A DNA stretch of 64,000 nt from Octopus vulgaris. Taxonomy: Eukaryota. Below, one piece after another: positions 55,366-64,000 of this stretch. The stretch covers positions 91,822,001-91,886,000 of the forward strand of contig OX597821.1 of the NCBI GenBank assembly GCA_951406725.2, written 5' to 3'. The translations under genes were made by a program, and so were the position numbers. Every line of letters starts with the position of its first letter. The stretch's first letter is position 1. Under the pieces are notes generated by a model. The model made no database searches, was not told the DNA's origin, and saw only the letters and a list, made by a program, of their open reading frames with translations.

Positions 55366-55840
55366 GAAACAGAGAAAAAAAACTTGGTCAGTTTTTCAGG
55401 TTTAATTATTTGGGATTATTTTATCTAAGTCATACTGATGTACATAAATATTAGTTACTGAAGGGTCAGGAATTACAACCGTGTTTCGTGGTCTGCTACC
55501 GCAACAGCTCCTTTATAGGATCCAGTTAGCTCAAGACATCATCAGGAGGAACCACGTCCAGTTTCGGCCCCTACTCCTCTACCGTTTTGACGTGGCGGGG
55601 GCCCCCTTTCGGAGGTGTCTTCAGCTCTGGTGTTGGGTGCATGTCTTCTTTCTTCTTCTTTCCTCTGTTCCCTGGCCTCTTTGATGTATCATCAGCGAGT
55701 GTCAGCCGGTGACTGTCTGTCTTGTCAAATTTCTCCTGAAACAGAGAAAAAAAACTTGGTCGGTTTTTCAGGTTTAATTATTTTGGATTATTTTATCTAA
55801 GTCATACTCATGTACGTAAATATTAGTTACTGAAGGGTCA
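55366..55840. repeat. ~103-bp direct repeats (55366-55468, 55738-55840) flanking a ~270-bp GC-rich insert
   Basis: GAAACAGAGAAAAAAAACTTGGTC...TTACTGAAGGGTCA occurs twice with about 4 mismatches. Confidence 0.92.
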
Positions 55841-56424
55841 AACATCATTGATCAAACACCATACCTGAGTGTTAATGGATAATAATGATGAAACTAACCT
55901 ACATAGGAATAACTGATGGCTATCATGTGTCTATAACAAAGATCTCTTTATGCTTATGTAGGTCATTCAGATTTCATGCAAATTCCTCAACAGGATAGAA
56001 ATAAATTACCTGTGAAAGTAGCATCATTGTTTTATTGTCGACCAAATCAATTTATTAGTTTGCAATAATAAGTTTTTTATTGAAAGAGATGGTGCGCAGT
56101 CCTATTTTCGTACAAAATAAATTGTACAATTTATATTTATATGTTTATATATATTAATGTAATTCAAGCTGATCTCTCAGCATAGCCTCTCAGCAATATT
56201 ATTTTTCTGTTATTATTTTACTGCCACAAATGTTCTTCTTTTCACAAAATTTATTCTTTATGGATAGTTTAAACAATCTTGCAAAAACCGCTTTGAGAGA
56301 CCTATACGTTATAATCACTGATACCATGGAAACATAATAGCAAAATTATATTGCACAGTGTAGTTACTACTGAGTGCAACTTGTAAACTCATTCCTCTAC
56401 ATTTAGAATATTTCTGTTTGCAAA

Positions 56425-56466
<42 letters not shown>

Positions 56467-56599
56467 AAAAATAAATGTGTATCTTTCTTTCACAGACCCC
56501 TTTAAATGAAACTTGTGAACTCCTGCTTCCAGAACACTAATCTAAATAAAATAAAATTCATAAATAACAAAATACTTTCCTAAAATAAAAACATCCCCA

Positions 56600-57897
<1,298 letters not shown>

Positions 57898-58552
57898 GAT
57901 GCTATTTATATTTCATCTTCTGCCAAGAAATCCTACTCAAAATTTACAGATAGATCTTTTGAAAGAAATGCTTAATTTTGTTCAGCTGAAATAATTTACC
58001 TTTATTTGAAAACATCACTTATCTTAATTTGAAGTGATAATCTAAAATGGAGTATTTCATTTTTTCTTATTTAATTTTCTTTCCTTTTATTTCATTCCAT
58101 ATTGCTGCTTGTTTTTTGTTTGTCTTATATATATATATATGTATATTTTTTTTCTTTCCATTTATTATTCATGGAAAGTGTATATGGAAGAATTGTGCTT
58201 TTGAAGAAGTGAATTGCAATGATGCTGTAGTTGCATAGTAGCAGTATCGTAATATCTTTTGGTGGTTCTGGAAGATGATAAAATGATGTAGATGAGAATT
58301 TGATTGTTTAACTTTATAGTTAATGGAAAAATTGTCCTGATTTTTTGCCTCTTTTAATTACCAGATACTAGATATTCTCTTACTTTTACCCCATTTATGT
58401 CGTTTCTTTTTTGTTTTTGGTTTTGTTTTTCGATTCTTCCGAAGAAACAGGGTAATTATCTATTAGTTTTTGAGAGTTTTTCTTTCTAATATATCCTTGA
58501 TATTCTCATTACAATTTTAAAAATAATTTGATATATTGTCTCTCTCTCGCTC

Positions 58553-58794
58553 TCTCTTTTTTTACTTGTTTCAGTCAATTGACTGCTGCCATGCTGGAGC
58601 ACCGCCTTTAGTTGAGCAAATCAACCCCAGGACTTACTCTTTGTAAGCCTAGTACTTATTCTATCTGTCTCTTTTGCCGAACCACCGAGTTACGGGGACG
58701 TAAACACACCAGCATCAGTTGTCAAGCAATTTTGGAGAGACTAACTCAGACATCCAAACACACACATATATATATATATATGTATAAATATATG

Positions 58795-58869
<75 letters not shown>

Positions 58870-59040
58870 CATACTACTACGGTCTTCTTTCAGTTTCCAT
58901 CAACCAAATCCACTCACAAGGCTTTGGTCGGCCCAAGGCTATATTAGAAGACACTTGCCCAAGGTGCCACGCAGTGGGACTGAGCCCAGAACAATGTGGT
59001 TTGTAAGCAAGCTACTTACCACACAGCCACTCCTGCACCT
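58553..59040 (-). mobile_element. SINE family A copy
   Basis: Reverse-complement match. Confidence 0.88.
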
Positions 59041-60559
59041 ATATAAAGATATATAATAAAATATCATAAGAGATTTCACCCAGAACTCTGCAGATTAATG
59101 ACAGAAGACAAGAAAGTTACTTGTTTAAAATCATATATGGTCACAGCATATGTAACTTAAAACTTTGTCTACATATTGAAATAACAGTAAGATATGTGAG
59201 TTGGACAAGATATGAGGCAGGTAACATGTAAGTCAAATATTCATATTGGGTGTTCATATTATTTGAGTTCCAGGATACGTAGGTTCAGTTCACTTGCATT
59301 ATTATGAAAAAAAGTTAAGGTAATGATCTGGCAGAACTGTTAGTATGCTGAACTAAAATACTTAGCGGCATTTCATCCATTTTTATGTTCTGACTTAATT
59401 CTACTGAGATCTTTTATCTTTCTTCTTTTTGGAGTCAATAAAATAAGTATCAATCAGGTAGTAGGGGGTAAATGTAATTGTCTGCTTCTCATCCCCCAAA
59501 TTTTCAGGTCTTGTGCTATTATTTGAAAGAATTATTACAAAAGCATTTAAGATATTTAATATGCAAGAACTCCGCATGGCAACAAGTAATTAGGATGTAC
59601 TGGATATCAACTAGTCACCAGGATGCATGCAATAACTCTGATTAACAATTGCTTACAACTGAAAACCATAAGTCTCTATAACTTCAGAGATCTCTTATAA
59701 ACAAACAAAAAAAATCAATTATTAGGAGCAAGACCAGGTATTTATGTTCTAATGCTGAGAAGACATTGAGACGAAAAAGAGAAAGAGAAGGAGAGAGAGA
59801 CCAAGAAAGATAGAAAGAAGGAGAAAGAAAGATGCAGAGACACTTAAATAACTGAAAGCTTCTTGATAGTAAAGTACCAAACTTCAACATACACCGATAT
59901 AACAAAAACAAGAAGCAGACAACTTCTAAAAAATTCATTAGTTGATAGTTATGTAAAGACACAGGATTACAATAGCTTTGCCTTTGGAAGTCTTCAGATA
60001 AAATGTTATCTGTTGAAATTTTAAAAGAAATCTTAGAACAATATAATTCTCGTGTCTCTGGTATTGTATTACAAAAGACTAAAACCGTTGCAGATCAGCT
60101 TCCAGTAAAATGCTTATAAATCAATTTACGATCATTGAAAAATGAACTATAGAAATATTTGCAATATATTTAACAAAAAGAGAAAGACTATAAGGATAGC
60201 AAAGGTAATTAGCAGAAAAGATGAGATAATAAGGACAACAAAACAATAATAAATATAAAAAAATCAGAGTCAGTCAAAGAGTGAAAGAGCTTTTGTGATA
60301 CAATGGTTTAAACCAGCATAAGACATAGAGACATACAATGCTATGCACGTTCATGAACATAAATACAAATATATACAAAAATATAAATATATTCGTTTGT
60401 GAGTATATAATTGTTTGTGTCAGTGTAAATATATAGGCAACATATATGTAACATTGTTGGTGCATACATTTTTCAATGTGCAAATATATTTACATACATA
60501 CATACATATATGTGTAATTATATATGTGTATTGTTTATATATGTATATATGTGTAATTT

Positions 60560-60960
60560 CAATAAAGAACAAAATAAGAATTTTTAATACTAACGTAAAA
60601 GCAGTGTTATTGTATGGGGCTGAGACATGGCGAACAACAGTTAAGTCAAATAAGCAAATACAATCATTCATCAACAGATGCTTGCATAGTATACTTAAAA
60701 TTAGATGGCCCGAACACATAAGCAATATGGAGCTATGGCAAAGAACAAATCAAGTTTCGATTAGGGATCAAATATCTAGGAAAAAGTGGAAGTGGATTGG
60801 TAGCACAAATAGAAAAGACACACCAAATGTAGCGAAAAGTGCTTTACAGTGGAATTTGGATGGATATAGAAAGAAAGGTGGGCCTAAGAACTCGTGGCCA
60901 ACACAAAAGGAACTAGAGAATGGGGTGGTGGCTGAGTATAAGTACAGAAGCGAAAACATT
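60560..60960 (+). pseudogene. RTE-clade LINE ORF2 3' fragment
   Basis: KIRIFNTNVKAVLLYGAETWRTT..IQSFINRCL.SILKIRWPEHISN.ELWQRT..KWKWIG..ALQWN..G.RK.G.PKNSW. Confidence 0.88.
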
Positions 60961-61019
60961 TTGCGACATGGAATTCAATTATAAGTGGCCTATACTCCGT
61001 GTTGGAGGGTTAGAAGCAG

Positions 61020-61067
<48 letters not shown>

Positions 61068-61084
61068 GTATGTATGTATATATA

Positions 61085-62709
61085 CAGTTGCGGCCAAAAT
61101 GTTCAGAACGGCATTGTTTTCGTCAGAAAAGTAGATATAATTTTTTATCAAAGTTGTTTTATATTCTATAATTTTCACAGACAATAAATACAATATTATT
61201 TGTTATTGCCTGAGATTTCGGTGTAATTTGAGAGGATAATACAAAAGTTATGGATGATTTAGTGATTTACTGCAAAACCCATGGCGGCCAAAATGATCAG
61301 GACGGTTGCTTTTACTCCGTGTTTTAGTATATTTAACCGGCGAACTCTAATGTTTGGAATTTGTTTACGTGACGGTTCGTTTACTAAACATTAGTAAGAA
61401 TATTTGCAGTGTACTTTGTTAATATAATGCCACTTACTCCGTTACCAATTCGTCAGCAGATTATTAAGCTTCGAAGGAAGGATAATTTAAGTATTGGATC
61501 TATTGCAAAGAGTAACAAGTCAAAAAGTGTTGTACACGGTATTCTTAAGGTCTACGATGATTGTGGTTCGTGTGAAGCAAGAAAGTTTACAGGTAGGCCA
61601 AGGAAAACGACCAAGAGAGAAGATCGTGCTATGGTAAAGTTGGTCAAAAAGGATAGATTTAAAACTGCTGCTGCTGTTTCTCGGAAAATGAGCATTGTAT
61701 TGAAGAAAACTTTATCTCGAAAAACTGTGTCTCGTCGTTTAGTTGAACATGACCTACAAGCAAGAGCACCTGCAGTGAAGCCACTGATCAGCTCCAAGAA
61801 TAAAAAGTGTCGTCTTACCTTTGCAACCGAACATGTGTTGTGGTCTCAAGAAAAATGTCAAACGGTGCATTTCAGTGATGAATCTAAGTTTATGCTATTT
61901 GGCTCAGATGGGAAAAGGTACGTTCGTAGAAAAGTAGGTGAAAAATTGTTGCCTAAATGCCTTAAGACCAGTGTTAAATTCGGTGGAGGAAGTGTCATGG
62001 TTTGGGGAATGATATATGGAGATTGTGTGGGCCATTTGGTGCGATTACATGGAAAGTTAAATGCAGGAGTTTATAAACAACTTGTAAAAGATCATGTCTT
62101 GCCTGTGCTGAGAAATTCAACTGAGCGACCACCCATATTCATGCAGGACAATGCCCCATGTCACAAGGCTAAGGTGGTCATGAACTTCCTCAAGGCTGAA
62201 AAGATTATTGTTATGGATTGGCCAGCTCAAAACCCAGATCTCAATCCTATTGAAAATGTGTGAAATATTCTAGGAGAACGTTCGAAAGCCAGAAATCCTA
62301 AAACAACTGAGCAATTATGGAATGCCCTTCAGGAAGAATGGAATAAGATCACCCAGCAAGAAATTGAAAATTTAATTTCCTCATGCAGTCGAAGATGTCA
62401 GAGTGTGATTGAAGCTAAAGGGCTTCACAGTAAATATTAAATAATTCCAGTATTCTCTGTCATTTTTGATTATTTTGTTATTTTTTCAACCGTTCTGATC
62501 ATTTTAGCCGCCATGGGTTTTGCAGTAAATCACTAAATCATCCATAACTTTGTATTATCCTCTCAAATTACACCAAAATCTCAGGCAATAACAATTAATA
62601 TTGTATTTATTGTCTGTGAAAATTATAGAATATAAAACAACTTTGATAAAAACTTATACCTACTTTTCTGACAAAAACAATGCCGTTCTGAACATGTTGG
62701 CCGCAACTG
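61085..62709 (+). mobile_element. Full-length Tc1-family DNA transposon (IR/DR type), 1625 bp, TA TSD
   Basis: Begins TA|CAGTTGCGGCCAAAATGTTCAGAACGG and ends CCGTTCTGAACATGTTGGCCGCAACTG|TA. Inverted terminal repeats are ~220 bp (61085-61308 vs 62487-62709), each with an outer GCGGCCAAAATGTTCAGAACGG and an inner GCGGCCAAAATGATCAG(G/A)ACGG direct repeat. A transposase ORF lies between them. Confidence 0.97.
61427..62440 (+). pseudogene. Tc1 DD34E transposase with one premature stop (TGG>TGA at 62261-62263)
   Basis: From ATG 61427 (MPLTPLPIRQ): N-terminal HTH, GRPRK, FSDES, GGGSVMVWG, QDNAPCH-34 aa-NPIEN. The same frame continues past the TGA as NILGERSKARNPKTTEQLWNALQEEWNKI...EAKGLHSKY* to 62440, giving 337 codons. 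Confidence 0.95.
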
Positions 62710-62900
62710 TATATATGCATATAAAATTTATATAAACAGAAATTTGCAATGTTTTACCAAAAGGGACAATTACAAATGTCACTAAACGTGACTAGGGTGT
62801 TAGGAAACACTTACATTACTAGAAATAAGAGCTAAGACTCTCTAATATTGTAGTTAATGCACATGAATAGAAACATGTACAGTAACAGGCACCATAATCG

Positions 62901-63003
62901 TCCGAAAAATACCGATCGAAAATTCTTAATACTGATGCGTCAGTTTCGGCAATTTTCGTTGCCTCATCAGTTAAGACTGCTCAGTTGTTCGGTTCTTTCC
63001 GGA
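62901..63003 (-). ncRNA. Type I hammerhead ribozyme (core 62924-62976)
   Basis: Minus strand reads TCTTAA-CTGATGA-GGCAA(CGAAAA)TTGCC-GAAA-CTGA(CGCA)TCAG-TA-TTAAGA. The core is complete, stems I/II/III pair perfectly and the cleavage triplet is GUA. Distal stem I extension is TCCGGAAAGAACCGA/TCGGTATTTTTCGGA. Confidence 0.88.
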
Positions 63004-64000
63004 CTCACTTCACATTCAATGTTTATGTTTTCGTCATCCAAGTAAATGGATGATTTAGCGATTCGCAAATGTGTATATATGCTTATAAATATGTGTGTAT
63101 ATTTGTATATCTGCATGTAAGTGTACATATATTAGGGCACGTTGATTTTCCATACTTTTGTAGTTAATGAGTTTGAATTAATCGAGATAGTGAGAGCTTA
63201 ATGTGAGAATAACTGACAAAAAAGATCTATCTCTCTAGCTTTAACAGTATTTTGAGGAAACTGTTTCACAAAAATTCAAAATACTGTAACCAAAAAACAT
63301 CGCATTTTCACCATTTTCGGTCGAAAAATACATGTTATAGTCATTTGAAAAATCCAAAAGAAATGTTGCATCTTTATTGAAAACGAGTTAAAGCATGTAA
63401 AAACTTTATAGAGTCAAGTAAGACAAATTTAGATACCAAAATCATAAGTTTCACCGTAAGAGCCCTTAGAAGCAAAGGAAACCCTCTTACAGTGGCTTAG
63501 GGCTTTGGCCAGAATGAGTTTGTGCCTTGATTCGAGTCCATAAACAGTCTCTCTTTGTGCTTTTCACTTTCATTCTGTCTTTTTCTCTGTCCAATTTCGA
63601 TTTATCAACTATTATCCATAGCTTGTAAGTCAAGGACGAGGGCATAAGCAAGACTTGCCCCAAGACTGGAAGAAACATCACTCATGATCAATTCCATAGC
63701 ATATCTTGGGGTGGGGTTTCAAAAAGCTTTAAGCTCCAATTGGGTGCCTCCTTGGCTTGAAATCGTCATCATTAGATGACTGAAATAATAAAAAAAAACT
63801 AAAACAAAATTACTGAAGAGAAAATGGGGAAGTGAGGAGAGGAATATGAGACAAAAAGTAGAGATAAATTAGATTAAAAATAGATTCAGATGTAGGGAAA
63901 AATATTACATTTTCTGATTTTCCCGAGCTGGATCCCAAAGAAATATCTTGTGAGAATGTGGAGGCAAGTGTGGCCAAGTCCACTTCCTGCTACTGTTGAA

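Noticed and set aside
63130-63480. Possible start of another DNA transposon with internal hairpin ACAGTATTTTGA/TCAAAATACTGT
   Set aside because: No matching second terminus or coding motif within the window.

Overview
AT-rich eukaryotic, essentially non-coding DNA, most likely intronic or intergenic sequence from an animal. The tRNA-headed SINE families, RTE 3' ends with (GAT)n tails and very long (TA)n/(ATT)n tracts resemble an Octopus/cephalopod genome (recognition, not a database result). No host protein-coding gene can be supported, and almost all ORFs in the track are microsatellite or SINE artefacts. Identifiable elements: a full-length Tc1 (DD34E) transposon with IR/DR ends and a single nonsense mutation (61085-62709), maT/DD37D relics, three non-autonomous Helitrons, hAT and piggyBac MITEs, a Helentron/DINE-like element, RTE and RLE-type LINE fragments, and many SINEs. 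The most notable unannotated signal is a set of hammerhead-ribozyme motifs. One is an intact-looking type I hammerhead with a predicted loop II pseudoknot (62901-63003, minus). One is a minimal hammerhead inside a tRNA-headed SINE-like element (27590-27882). Two are diverged, covarying minimal hammerheads of a Penelope pLTR-like repeat (about 18.4 kb and 47.6 kb, the latter in a fold-back). There are also several templated local duplications and inversions. Coordinates were counted by eye, and the ends of degraded repeats are approximate.
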